Below are positions 45,601-61,900 of a DNA stretch of 64,000 nt, piece after piece. The first letter of the stretch is position 1. Each line of letters begins with the position of its first letter. Where the stretch lies: positions 558,001-622,000 of the forward strand of contig OZ024759.1 in assembly GCA_964016885.1 (NCBI GenBank), given 5' to 3'. The stretch comes from Eledone cirrhosa (taxonomy: Eukaryota). A program made the translations under genes and the position numbers. The notes below the pieces were generated by a model. The model was given only the letters and a program-made list of their open reading frames with translations. It ran no database searches and had not been told where the DNA came from.

Positions 45601-48600
45601 CATGACACAGTCTATATTAGTAACATGACAAAGTCTATATTAGTAACATGACAAAGTCTATATTAGTAACATGAAACAGTCTATATTAGTAACATGACAA
45701 AGTCTATATTAGTAACATGACACTGTCTATATTAGTAACTTGACAAAGTCTATATTAGTAACATGACACAGTCTATATTAGTAACATGACACAGTCTATA
45801 TTAGTAACATGACAAAGTCTATATTAGTAGCATGACAAAGTCTATATTAGTAACATGACAAAGTCTATATTAGTAACATGACACAGTCTATATTAGTAAC
45901 ATGACAAAGACTATATTAGTAACATGACACAGTCTATATTAGTAACATGACAAAGTCTATATTAGTAACATGACAGTCTATATTAGTAACATGACAGTCT
46001 ATATTAGTAGCACGACAAAGTCTATATTAGTAACATGACAAAGTCATATTAGTAACATGACACAGTCTATATTAGTAACATGACAAAGTCTATATTAGTA
46101 ACATGACACAGTCTATATTAGTAACATGACAGTCTATATTAGTAACATGACAAAGTCTATATTAGTAACATGACAAAGTCTATATTAGTAGCATGACAAA
46201 GTCTATATTAGTAACATGACAAAGTCTATATTAGTAACATGACACAGTCTATATTAATAACATGACACAGTCTATATTAGTAACATGACAAAGTCTATAT
46301 TAGTAGCATGACAAAGTCTATATTAGTAACATGACAAAGTCTATATTAGTAACATGACACAGTCTATATTAGTAACATGACACAGTCTATATTAGTAACA
46401 TGACAAAGTCTATATTAGTAACATGAAACAGTCTATATTAGTAACATGACAAAGTCTATATTAGTAACATGACACTGTCTATATTAGTAACTTGACAAAG
46501 TCTATATTAGTAACATGACACAGTCTATATTAGTAACATGACACAGTCTATATTAGTAACATGACAAAGTCTATATTAGTAGCATGACAAAGTCTATATT
46601 AGTAACATGACAAAGTCTATATTAGTAACATGACACAGTCTATATTAGTAACATGACAAAGACTATATTAGTAACATGACACAGTCTATATTAGTAACAT
46701 GACAAAGTCTATATTAGTAACATGACAGTCTATATTAGTAACATGACAGTCTATATTAGTAGCACGACAAAGTCTATATTAGTAACATGACAAAGTCATA
46801 TTAGTAACATGACACAGTCTATATTAGTAACATGACAAAGTCTATATTAGTAACATGACACAGTCTATATTAGTAACATGACAAAGTCTATATTAGTAAC
46901 ATGACACAGTCTATATTAGTAACATGACATAGTCTATATTAGTAACATGACAAAGTCTATATTAGTAGCATGACACAGTCTATATTAGTAACATGACACA
47001 GTCTATATTAGTAACATGACAGTCTATATTAGTAACATGACAAAGTCTATATTAGTAGCATGACAAAGTCTATATTAGTAACATGACACAGTCTATATTA
47101 GTAACATGACGAAGTCTATATTAGTAGCATGACAAAGTCTATATTAGTAACATGACAGTCTATATTAGTAACATGACAAAGTATATATTAGTAGCATTTA
47201 CAAAGTCTATATTAGTAGCATGACACAGTCTATATTAGTAACATGACACAGTCTATATTAGTAACATGACACAGTCTATATTAGTAACATGACAAAGTCT
47301 ATATTAGTAGCATGACAAAGTCTATATTAGTAACATGACAAAGTCTATATTAGTAACATGACACAGTCTATATTAGTAACATGACAAAGTCTATATTAGT
47401 AACATGACAAAGTCTATATTAATAACATGAAACAGTCTATATTAGTAACATGACAAAGTCTATATTAGTAACATGACACTGTCTATATTAGTAACTTGAC
47501 AAAGTCTATATTAGTAACATGACACAGTCTATATTAGTAACATGACACAGTCTATATTAGTAGCATGACAAAGTCTATATTAGTAACATGACAAAGTCTA
47601 TATTAGTAACATGACACAGTCTATATTAGTAAAATGACAAAGTCTATATTAGTAACATGACAGTCTATATTAGTAACATGACAGTCTATATTAGTAGCAT
47701 GACAAAGTCTATATTAGTAACATGACAAAGTCATATTAGTAACATGACACAGTCTATATTAGTAACATGACACAGTCTATATTAGTAACATGACACAGTC
47801 TATATTAGTAACATGACACAGTCTATATTAGTAACATGACAAAGTCTATATTCGTAACATGACAAAGTCTATATTAGTAACATGACAGTTTATATTAGTA
47901 ACATGACACAGTCTATATTAGTAACATGACATAGTCTATATTAGTAACATGACAAAGTCTATATTAGTAACATGACAGTCTATATTGTAACATGACACAG
48001 TCTATATTAGTAACATGACACAGTCTATATTAGTAACATGACAGTCTATATTAGTAACATGACAAAGTCTATATTAGTAACATGTCAAAGTCTATATTAG
48101 TAGAATGACAAAGTCTATATTAGTAACATGACAAAGTCTATATTAGTAACATGACACAGTCTATATTAGTAACATGACACAGTCTATATTAGTAACATGA
48201 CAAAGTCTATATTAGTAGCATGACAAAGTCTATATTAGTAACATGACAAAGTCTATATTAGTAACATGACACAGTCTATATTAGTAACATGACAAAGTCT
48301 ATATTAGTAACATGACAAAGTCTATATTAGTAACATGAAACAGTCTATATTAGTAACATGACAAAGTCTATATTAGTAACATGACACTGTCTATATTAGT
48401 AACTTGACAAAGTCTATATTAGTAACATGACACAGTCTATATTAGTAACATGACACAGTCTATATTAGTAACATGACAAAGTCTATATTAGTAGCATGAC
48501 AAAGTCTATATTAGTAACATGACAAAGTCTATATTAGTAACATGACACAGTCTATATTAGTAACATGACAAAGACTATATTAGTAACATGACACAGTCTA

Positions 48601-51600
48601 TATTAGTAACATGACAAAGTCTATATTAGTAACATGACAGTCTATATTAGTAACATGACAGTCTATATTAGTAGCATGACAAAGTCTATATTAGTAACAT
48701 GACAAAGTCATATTAGTAACATGACACAGTCTATATTAGTAACATGACAAAGTCTATATTAGTAACATGACACAGTCTATATTAGTAACATGACACAGTC
48801 TATATTAGTAACATGACAAAGTCTATATTAGTAACATGACAAAGTCTATATTAGTAACATGACACAGTTTATATTAGTAACATGACACAGTCTATATTAG
48901 TAACATGACATAGTCTATATTAGTAACATGACAAAGTCTATATTAGTAACATGACAGTCTATATTGTAACATGACACAGTCTATATTAGTAACATGACAC
49001 AGTCTATATTAGTAACATGACAGTCTATATTAGTAACATGGCAAAGTCTATATTAGTAACATGACAAAGTCTATATTAGTAACATGACAAAGTCTATATT
49101 AGTAACATGACAAAGTCTATATTAGTAACTTGACACAGTCTATTTTAGTAACATGACATAGTCTATATTAGTAGCATGACACAGTCTATATTAGTAACAT
49201 GACAGAGTCTATATTAGTAACATGACAGTCTATATTAGTAACATGACAAAGTCTATATTAGTAGCATGACAAAGTCTATATTAGTAACATGACACAGTCT
49301 ATATTAGTAACATGACAATCTATATTAGTAACATGACACAGTCTATATTAGTAACATGACAAAGTCTATATTAGTAACATGACAAAGTCTATATTAGTAA
49401 CATGACACAGTCTATATTAGTAACATGACACAGTCTATATTAATAACATGACAAAGTCTATATTAGTAACATGACACAGTCTATATTAGTAACATGACAT
49501 AGTCTATATTAGTAACGTGACACAGTCTATATTAGTAACATGACAAAGTCTATATTAGTAGCATGACAAAGTCTATATTAGTAACATGACAAAGTCTATA
49601 TTAGTAACATGACACAGTCTATATTAGTAACATGACAAAGTCTATATTAGTAACATGACAAAGTCTATATTAGTAACATGACAGTCTATATTAGTAACAT
49701 GACAAAGTCTCTATTAGTAACATGACAAAGTCTATATTAGTAACATGACAGTCTATATTAGTAACATAACAAAGTCTATATTAGTAACATGACAGTCTAT
49801 ATTGTAACATGACACAGTCTATATTAGTAACATGACACAGTCTATATTAGTAACATGACATAGTCTATATTAGTAACATGACAAAGTCTATATTAGTAAC
49901 ATGACAGTCTATATTGTAACATGACACAATCTATATTAGTAACATGACACAGTCTATATTAGTAACATGACAGTCTATATTAGTAACATGGCAAAGTCTA
50001 TATTAGTAACATGACAAAGTCTATATTAGTAACATGACAAAGTCTATATTAGTAACATGACAAAGTCTATATTAGTAACTTGACACAGTCTATATTAGTA
50101 ACATGACATAGTCTATATTAGTAGCATGACACAGTCTATATTAGTAACATGACAGAGTCTATATTAGTAACATGACAGTCTATATTAGTAACATGACAAA
50201 GTCTATATTAGTAGCATGACAAAGTCTATATTAGTAACATGACACAGTCTATATTAGTAACATGACAATCTATATTAGTAACATGACACAGTCTATATTA
50301 GTAACATGACAAAGTCTATATTAGTAACATGACAAAGTCTATATTAGTAACATGACACAGTCTATATTAGTAACATGACACAGTCTATATTAATAACATG
50401 ACAAAGTCTATATTAGTAACATGACACAGTCTATATTAGTAACATGACATAGTCTATATTAGTAACGTGACACAGTCTATATTAGTAACATGACAAAGTC
50501 TATATTAGTAGCATGACAAAGTCTATATTAGTAACATGACAAAGTCTATATTAGTAACATGACACAGTCTATATTAGTAACATGACAAAGTCTATATTAG
50601 TAACATGACAAAGTCTATATTAGTAACATGACAGTCTATATTAGTAACATGACAAAGTCTCTATTAGTAACATGACAAAGTCTATATTAGTAACATGACA
50701 GTCTATATTAGTAACATAACAAAGTCTATATTAGTAACATGACAGTCTATATTGTAACATGACACAGTCTATATTAGTAACATGACACAGTCTATATTAG
50801 TAACATGACATAGTCTATATTAGTAACATGACAAAGTCTATATTAGTAACAAGACAGTCTATATTGTAACACGACACAGTCTATATTAGTAATATGACAC
50901 AGTCTATATTAGAAACATGACAGTCTATATTAGTAACATGACAAAGTCTATATTAGTAACATGACAAAGTCTATATTAGTAACATGACAAAGTCTATATT
51001 AGTAGCATGACACAGTCTATATTAGTAACATGACACAGTCTATATTAGTAACATGACAGTCTATATTAGTAACATGACAAAGTCTATATTAGTAGCATGA
51101 CAGTCTATATTAGTAACATGACAAAGTCTATATTAGTAGCATGACAAAGTCTATATTAGTAACATGACACAGTCTATATTAGTAACATGACAATCTATAT
51201 TAGTAACATGACACAGTCTATATTAGTAACATGACAAAGTCTATATTAGTAACATGACAAAGTCTATATTAGTAACATGACACAGTCTATATTAGTAACA
51301 TGACACAGTCTATATTAATAACATGACAAAGTCTATATTAGTAACATGACACAGTCTATATTAGTAACATGACATAGTCTATATTAGTAACGTGACACAG
51401 TCTATATTAGTAACATGACAAAGTCTATATTAGTAGCATGACAAAGTCTATATTAGTAACATGACAAAGTCTATATTGGTAACATGACACAGTCTATATT
51501 AGTAACATGACAAAGTCTATATTAGTAACATGACAAAGTCTATATTAGTAACATGACAGTCTATATTAGTAACATGACAAAGTCTCTATTAGTAACATGA

Positions 51601-54600
51601 CAAAGTCTATATTAGTAACATGACAGTCTATATTAGTAACATAACAAAGTCTATATTAGTAACATGACAGTCTATATTGTAACATGACACAGTCTATATT
51701 AGTAACATGACACAGTCTATATTAGTAACATGACATAGTCTATATTAGTAACATGACAAAGTCTATATTAGTAACATGACAGTCTATATTGTAACATGAC
51801 ACAGTCTATATTAGTAACATGACACAGTCTATATTAGTAACATGACAGTCTATATTAGTAACATGGCAAAGTCTATATTAGTAACATGACAAAGTCTATA
51901 TTAGTAACATGACAAAGTCTATATTAGTAACATGACAAAGTCTATATTAGTAACTTGACACAGTCTATATTAGTAACATGACATAGTCTATATTAGTAGC
52001 ATGACACAGTCTATATTAGTAACATGACAGAGTCTATATTAGTAACATGACAGTCTATATTAGTAACATGACAAAGTCTATATTAGTAGCATGACAAAGT
52101 CTATATTAGTAACATGACACAGTCTATATTAGTAACATGACAATCTATATTAGTAACATGACACAGTCTATATTAGTAACATGACAAAGTCTATATTAGT
52201 AACATGACAAAGTCTATATTAGTAACATGACACAGTCTATATTAGTAACATGACACAGTCTATATTAATAACATGACAAAGTCTATATTAGTAACATGAC
52301 ACAGTCTATATTAGTAACATGACATAGTCTATATTAGTAACGTGACACAGTCTATATTAGTAACATGACAAAGTCTATATTAGTAGCATGACAAAGTCTA
52401 TATTAGTAACATGACAAAGTCTATATTAATAACATGACAAAGTCTATATTAGTAACATGACACAGTCTATATTAGTAACATGACATAGTCTATATTAGTA
52501 ACGTGACACAGTCTATATTAGTAACATGACAAAGTCTATATTAGTAGCATGACAAAGTCTATATTAGTAACATGACAAAGTCTCTATTAGTAACATGACA
52601 AAGTCTATATTAGTAACATGACAGTCTATATTAGTAACATAACAAAGTCTATATTAGTAACATGACAGTCTATATTGTAACATGACACAGTCTATATTAG
52701 TAACATGACACAGTCTATATTAGTAACATGACATAGTCTATATTAGTAACATGACAAAGTCTATATTAGTAACATGACAGTCTATATTGTAACATGACAC
52801 AGTCTATATTAGTAACATGACACAGTCTATATTAGTAACATGACAGTCTATATTAGTAACATGGCAAAGTCTATATTAGTAACATGACAAAGTCTATATT
52901 AGTAACATGACAAAGTCTATATTAGTAACATGACAAAGTCTATATTAGTAACTTGACACAGTCTATATTAGTAACATGACATAGTCTATATTAGTAGCAT
53001 GACACAGTCTATATTAGTAACATGACAGAGTCTATATTAGTAACATGACAGTCTATATTAGTAACATGACAAAGTCTATATTAGTAGCATGACAAAGTCT
53101 ATATTAGTAACATGACACAGTCTATATTAGTAACATGACAATCTATATTAGTAACATGACACAGTCTATATTAGTAACATGACAAAGTCTATATTAGTAA
53201 CATGACAAAGTCTATATTAGTAACATGACACAGTCTATATTAGTAACATGACACAGTCTATATTAATAACATGACAAAGTCTATATTAGTAACATGACAC
53301 AGTCTATATTAGTAACATGACATAGTCTATATTAGTAACGTGACACAGTCTATATTAGTAACATGACAAAGTCTATATTAGTAGCATGACAAAGTCTATA
53401 TTAGTAACATGACAAAGTCTATATTAGTAACATGACACAGTCTATATTAGTAACATGACAAAGTCTATATTAGTAACATGACAAAGTCTATATTAGTAAC
53501 ATGACAGTCTATATTAGTAACATGACAAAGTCTCTATTAGTAACATGACAAAGTCTATATTAGTAACATGACAGTCTATATTAGTAACATAACAAAGTCT
53601 ATATTAGTAACATGACAGTCTATATTGTAACATGACACAGTCTATATTAGTAACATGACACAGTCTATATTAGTAACATGACATAGTCTATATTAGTAAC
53701 ATGACAAAGTCTATATTAGTAACAAGACAGTCTATATTGTAACACGACACAGTCTATATTAGTAATATGACACAGTCTATATTAGAAACATGACAGTCTA
53801 TATTAGTAACATGACAAAGTCTATATTAGTAACATGACAAAGTCTATATTAGTAACATGACAAAGTCTATATTAGTAGCATGACACAGTCTATATTAGTA
53901 ACATGACACAGTCTATATTAGTAACATGACAGTCTATATTAGTAACATGACAAAGTCTATATTAGTAGCATGACAGTCTATATTAGTAACATGACAAAGT
54001 CTATATTAGTAGCATGACAAAGTCTATATTAGTAACATGACACAGTCTATATTAGTAACATGACAATCTATATTAGTAACATGACACAGTCTATATTAGT
54101 AACATGACAAAGTCTATATTAGTAACATGACAAAGTCTATATTAGTAACATGACACAGTCTATATTAGTAACATGACACAGTCTATATTAATAACATGAC
54201 AAAGTCTATATTAGTAACATGACACAGTCTATATTAGTAACATGACATAGTCTATATTAGTAACGTGACACAGTCTATATTAGTAACATGACAAAGTCTA
54301 TATTAGTAGCATGACAAAGTCTATATTAGTAACATGACAAAGTCTATATTAGTAACATGACACAGTCTATATTAGTAACATGACAAAGTCTATATTAGTA
54401 ACATGACAAAGTCTATATTAGTAACATGACAGTCTATATTAGTAACATGACAAAGTCTCTATTAGTAACATGACAAAGTCTATATTAGTAACATGACAGT
54501 CTATATTAGTAACATAACAAAGTCTATATTAGTAACATGACAGTCTATATTGTAACATGACACAGTCTATATTAGTAACATGACACAGTCTATATTAGTA

Positions 54601-57600
54601 ACATGACATAGTCTATATTAGTAACATGACAAAGTCTATATTAGTAACATGACAGTCTATATTGTAACATGACACAGTCTATATTAGTAACATGACACAG
54701 TCTATATTAGTAACATGACAGTCTATATTAGTAACATGGCAAAGTCTATATTAGTAACATGACAAAGTCTATATTAGTAACATGACAAAGTCTATATTAG
54801 TAACATGACAAAGTCTATATTAGTAACTTGACACAGTCTATATTAGTAACATGACATAGTCTATATTAGTAGCATGACACAGTCTATATTAGTAACATGA
54901 CAGAGTCTATATTAGTAACATGACAGTCTATATTAGTAACATGACAAAGTCTATATTAGTAGCATGACAAAGTCTATATTAGTAACATGACACAGTCTAT
55001 ATTAGTAACATGACAATCTATATTAGTAACATGACACAGTCTATATTAGTAACATGACAAAGTCTATATTAGTAACATGACAAAGTCTATATTAGTAACA
55101 TGACACAGTCTATATTAGTAACATGACACAGTCTATATTAATAACATGACAAAGTCTATATTAGTAACATGACACAGTCTATATTAGTAACATGACATAG
55201 TCTATATTAGTAACGTGACACAGTCTATATTAGTAACATGACAAAGTCTATATTAGTAGCATGACAAAGTCTATATTAGTAACATGACAAAGTCTATATT
55301 AGTAACATGACACAGTCTATATTAGTAACATGACAAAGTCTATATTAGTAACATGACAAAGTCTATATTAGTAACATGACAGTCTATATTAGTAACATGA
55401 CAAAGTCTCTATTAGTAACATGACAAAGTCTATATTAGTAACATGACAGTCTATATTAGTAACATAACAAAGTCTATATTAGTAACATGACAGTCTATAT
55501 TGTAACATGACACAGTCTATATTAGTAACATGACACAGTCTATATTAGTAACATGACATAGTCTATATTAGTAACATGACAAAGTCTATATTAGTAACAA
55601 GACAGTCTATATTGTAACACGACACAGTCTATATTAGTAATATGACACAGTCTATATTAGAAACATGACAGTCTATATTAGTAACATGACAAAGTCTATA
55701 TTAGTAACATGACAAAGTCTATATTAGTAACATGACAAAGTCTATATTAGTGGCATGACACAGTCTATATTAGTAACATGACACAGTCTATATTAGTAAC
55801 ATGACAGTCTATATTAGTAACATGACAAAGTCTATATTAGTAGCATGACAAAGTCTATATTAGTAACATGACACAGTCTATATTAGTAACATGACAGTCT
55901 ATATTAGTAACATGACACAGTCTATATTAGTAACATGACAAAGTCTATATTAGTAGCATGACAAAGTCTATATTAGTAACATGACAGTCTATATTAGTAA
56001 CATGACAAAGTCTATATTAGTAGCATGACAAATTCTATATTAGTAGCATGACACAGTCTATATTAGTAACATGACACAGTCTATATTAGTAACATGACAC
56101 AGTCTATATTAGTAACATGACAAAGTCTATATTAGTAGCATGACAAAGTCTATATTAGTAACATGACAAAGTCTATATTAGTAACATGACACAGTCTATA
56201 TTAGTAACATGACAAAGTCTATATTAGTAACATGACAAAGTCTATATTAGTAACATGACACAGTCTATATTAGTAACATGACAAAGTCTATATTAGTAGC
56301 ATGACACAGTCTATATTAGTAACATGACACAGTCTATATTAGTAACATGACAGTCTATATTAGTAACATGACAAAGTCTATATTAGTAGCATGACAAAGT
56401 CTATATTAGTAACATGACACAGTCTATATTAGTAACATGACAGTCTATATTAGTAACATGACACAGTCTATATTAGTAACATGACGAAGTCTATATTAGT
56501 AGCATGACAAAGTCTATATTAGTAACATGACAGTCTATATTAGTAACATGACAAAGTCTATATTAGTAGCATTTACAAAGTCTATATTAGTAGCATGACA
56601 CAGTCTATATTAGTAACATGACACAGTCTATATTAGTAACATGACACAGTCTATATTAGTAACATGACAAAGTCTATATTAGTAGCATGACAAAGTCTAT
56701 ATTAGTAACATGACAAAGTCTATATTAGTAACATGACACAGTCTATATTAGTAACATGACAAAGTCTATATTAGTAACATGACAAAGTCTATATTAGTAA
56801 CATGAAACAGTCTATATTAGTAACATGACAAAGTCTATATTAGTAACATGACACTGTCTATATTAGTAACTTGACAAAGTCTATATTAGTAACATGACAC
56901 AGTCTATATTAGTAACATGACACAGTCTATATTAGTAACATGACAAAGTCTATATTAGTAGCATGACTAAGTCTATATTAGTAACATGACAAAGTCTATA
57001 TTAGTAACATGACACAGTCTATATTAGTAACATGACAAAGACTATATTAGTAACATGACACAGTCTATATTAGTAACATGACAAAGTCTATATTAGTAAC
57101 ATGACAGTCTATATTAGTAACATGATAGTCTATATTAGTAGCATGACAAAGTCTATATTAGTAACATGACAAAGTCATATTAGTAACATGACACAGTCTA
57201 TATTAGTAACATGACACAGTCTATATTAGTAACATGACACAGTCTATATTAGTAACATGACACAGTCTATATTAGTAACATGACAAAGTTTATATTAGTA
57301 ACATGACAAAGTCTATATTAGTAACATGACAGTTTATATTAGTAACATGACACAGTCTATATTAGTAACATGACATAGTCTATATTAGTAACATGACAAA
57401 GTCTATATTAGTAACATGACAGTCTATATTGTAACATGACACAGTCTATATTAGTAACATGACACAGTCTATATTAGTAACATGACAGTCTATATTAGTA
57501 ACATGACAAAGTCTATATTAGTAACATGACAAAGTCTATATTAGTAGCATGACAAAGTCTATATTAGTAACATGACAAAGTCTATATTAGTAACATGACA

Positions 57601-58220
57601 CAGTCTATATTAGTAACATGACACAGTCTATATTAGTAACATGACAAAGTCTATATTAGTAGCATGACAAAGTCTATATTAGTAACATGACAAAGTCTAT
57701 ATTAGTAACATGACACAGTCTATATTAGTAACATGACAAAGTCTATATTAGTAACATGACAAAGTCTATATTAGTAACATGAAACAGTCTATATTAGTAA
57801 CATGACAAAGTCTATATTAGTAACATGACACTGTCTATATTAGTAACTTGACAAAGTCTATATTAGTAACATGACACAGTCTATATTAGTAACATGACAC
57901 AGTCTATATTAGTAACATGACAAAGTCTATATTAGTAGCATGACAAAGTCTATATTAGTAACATGACAAAGTCTATATTAGTAACATGACACAGTCTATA
58001 TTAGTAACATGACAAAGACTATATTAGTAACATGACACAGTCTATATTAGTAACATGACAAAGTCTATATTAGTAACATGACAGTCTATATTAGTAACAT
58101 GACAGTCTATATTAGTAGCACGACAAAGTCTATATTAGTAACATGACAAAGTCATATTAGTAACATGACACAGTCTATATTAGTAACATGACAAAGTCTA
58201 TATTAGTAACATGACACAGT
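39680..58220. repeat. ~6.4-kb tandem duplication whose second copy is expanded internally by ~5.7 kb
   Basis: AAGTATAT 40750/47181 (6,431); GTAAAATG 41221/47629, CATGTCAA 41677/48085 and CATGGCAA 42633/49041 (6,408). Past the expansion the offset is 12,108: AACAAGAC 43490/55598, GACTAAG 44860/56968, GCACG 46013/58121. Confidence 0.85.
48900..55680. repeat. Local amplification of a ~0.95-kb sub-HOR (7 copies) with a superimposed 2,873-bp period
   Basis: GTCTCTATT occurs at 49711, 50661, 51586, 52584, 53534, 54459 and 55409 (spacings 950, 925, 998, 950, 925, 950). CATGGCAA 49991/52864 and 51866/54739, and AACAAGAC 50850/53723, are offset by 2,873. Confidence 0.87.
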
Positions 58221-58924
58221 CTATATTAGTAACATGACAAAGTCTATATTAGTAACATGACACAGTCTATATTAGTAACATGACATAGTCTATATTAGTA
58301 ACATGACAAAGTCTATATTAGTAGCATGACACAGTCTATATTAGTAACATGACAAAGTCTATATTAGTAACATGACAGTCTATATTAGTAACATGACAAA
58401 GACTATATTAGTAACATGACACAGTCTATATTAGTAACATGACAAAGTCTATATTAGTAACATGACAGTCTATATTAGTAACATGACAGTCTATATTAGT
58501 AGCATGACAAAGTCTATATTAGTAACATGACAAAGTCATATTAGTAACATGACACAGTCTATATTAGTAACATGACACAGTCTATATTAGTAACATGACA
58601 CAGTCTATATTAGTAACATGACACAGTCTATATTAGTAACATGACAAAGTCTATATTAGTAACATGACAAAGTCTATATTAGTAACATGACAGTTTATAT
58701 TAGTAACATGACACAGTCTATATTAGTAACATGACATAGTCTATATTAGTAACATGACAAAGTCTATATTAGTAACATGACAGTCTATATTGTAACATGA
58801 CACAGTCTATATTAGTAACATGACACAGTCTATATTAGTAACATGACAGTCTATATTAGTAACATGACAAAGTCTATATTAGTAACATGACAAAGTCTAT
58901 ATTAGTAGCATGACAAAGTCTATA

Positions 58925-61900
58925 TTAGTAACATGACAAAGTCTATATTAGTAACATGACACAGTCTATATTAGTAACATGACACAGTCTATATTAGTAA
59001 CATGACAAAGTCTATATTAGTAGCATGACAAAGTCTATATTAGTAACATGACAAAGTCTATATTAGTAACATGACACAGTCTATATTAGTAACATGACAA
59101 AGTCTATATTAGTAACATGACAAAGTCTATATTAGTAACATGAAACAGTCTATATTAGTAACATGACAAAGTCTATATTAGTAACATGACACTGTCTATA
59201 TTAGTAACTTGACAAAGTCTATATTAGTAACATGACACAGTCTATATTAGTAACATGACACAGTCTATATTAGTAACATGACAAAGTCTATATTAGTAGC
59301 ATGACAAAGTCTATATTAGTAACATGACAAAGTCTATATTAGTAACATGACACAGTCTATATTAGTAACATGACAAAGACTATATTAGTAACATGACACA
59401 GTCTATATTAGTAACATGACAAAGTCTATATTAGTAACATGACAGTCTATATTAGTAACATGACAGTCTATATTAGTAGCACGACAAAGTCTATATTAGT
59501 AACATGACAAAGTCATATTAGTAACATGACACAGTCTATATTAGTAACATGACAAAGTCTATATTAGTAACATGACACCGTCTATATTAGTAACATGACA
59601 ACGTCTATATTAGTAACATGACACAGTCTATATTAGTAACATGACATAGTCTATATTAGTAACATGACAAAGTCTATATTAGTAGCATGACACAGTCTAT
59701 ATTAGTAACATGACACAGTCTATATTAGTAACATGACAGTCTATATTAGTAACATGACAAAGTCTATATTAGTAGCATGACAAAGTCTATATTAGTAACA
59801 TGACACAGTCTATATTAGTAACATGACAGTCTATATTAGTAACATGACACAGTCTATATTAGTAACATGACGAAGTCTATATTAGTAGCATGACAAAGTC
59901 TATATTAGTAACATGACAAAGTCTATATTAGTAACATGACACTGTCTATATTAGTAACATGACAGTCTATATTAGTAACATGACACAGTCTATATTAGTA
60001 ACATGACGAAGTCTATATTAGTAGCATGACAAAGTCTATATTAGTAACATGACAAAGTCTATATTAGTAACATGACACTGTCTATATTAGTAACATGACA
60101 AAGTCTATATTAGTAGCATTTACAAAGTCTATATTAGTAGCATGACACAGTCTATATTAGTAACATGACACAGTCTATATTAGTAACATGACACAGTCTA
60201 TATTAGTAACATGACAAAGTCTATATTAGTAGCATGACAAAGTCTATATTAGTAACATGACAAAGTCTATATTAGTAACATGACACAGTCTATATTAGTA
60301 ACATGACAAAGTCTATATTAGTAACATGACAAAGTCTATATTAGTAACATGAAACAGTCTATATTAGTAACATGACAAAGTCTATATTAGTAACATGACA
60401 CTGTCTATATTAGTAACTTGACAAAGTCTATATTAGTAACATGACACAGTCTATATTAGTAACATGACACAGTCTATATTAGTAACATGACAAAGTCTAT
60501 ATTAGTAGCATGACAAAGTCTATATTAGTAACATGACAAAGTCTATATTAGTAACATGACACAGTCTATATTAGTCACATGACAAAGACTATATTCGTAA
60601 CATGACACAGTCTATATTAGTAACATGACAAAATCTATATTAGTAACATGACAGTCTATATTAGTAACATGACAGTCTATATTAGTAGCATGACAAAGTC
60701 TATATTAGTAACATGACAAAGTCATATTAGTAACATGACACAGTCTATATTAGTAACATGACACAGTCTATATTAGTAACATGACACAGTCTATATTAGT
60801 AACATGACACATTCTATATTAGTAACATGACAAAGTCTATATTAGTAACATGACAAAGTCTATATTAGTAACATGACAGTTTATATTAGTAACATGACAC
60901 AGTCTATATTAGTAACATGACATAGTCTATATTAGTAACATGACAAAGTCTATATTAGTAACATGACAGTCTATATTGTAACATGACACAGTCTATATTA
61001 GTAACATGACACAGTCTATATTAGTAACATGACAGTCTATATTAGTAACATGACAAAGTCTATATTAGTAACATGACAAAGTCTATATTAGTAGCATGAC
61101 AAAGTCCATATTAGTAACATGACAAAGTCTATATTAGTAACATGACACAGTCTATATTAGTAACATGACACAGTCTATATTAGTAACATGACAAAGTCTA
61201 TATTAGTAGCATGACAAAGTCTATATTAGTAACATGACAAAGTCTATATTAGTAACATGACACAGTCTATATTAGTAACATGACAAAGTCTATATTAGTA
61301 ACATGACAAAGTCTATATTAGTAACATGAAACAGTCTATATTAGTAACATGACAAAGTCTATATTAGTAACATGACACTGTCTATATTAGTAACTTGACA
61401 AAGTCTATATTAGTAACATGACACAGTCTATATTAGTAACATGACACAGTCTATATTAGTAACATGACAAAGTCTATATTAGTAGCATGACAAAGTCTAT
61501 ATTAGTAACATGACAAAGTCTATATTAGTAACATGACACAGTCTATATTAGTAACATGACAAAGACTATATTAGTAACATGACACAGTCTATATTAGTAA
61601 CATGACAAAGTCTATATTAGTAACATGACAGTCTATATTAGTAACATGACAGTCTATATTAGTAGCACGACAAAGTCTATATTAGTAACATGACAAAGTC
61701 ATATTAGTAACATGACACAGTCTATATTAGTAACATGACAAAGTCTATATTAGTAACATGACACAGTCTATATTAGTAACATGACAACGTCTATATTAGT
61801 AACATGACACAGTCTATATTAGTAACATGACATAGTCTATATTAGTAACATGACAAAGTCTATATTAGTAGCATGACACAGTCTATATTAGTAACATGAC

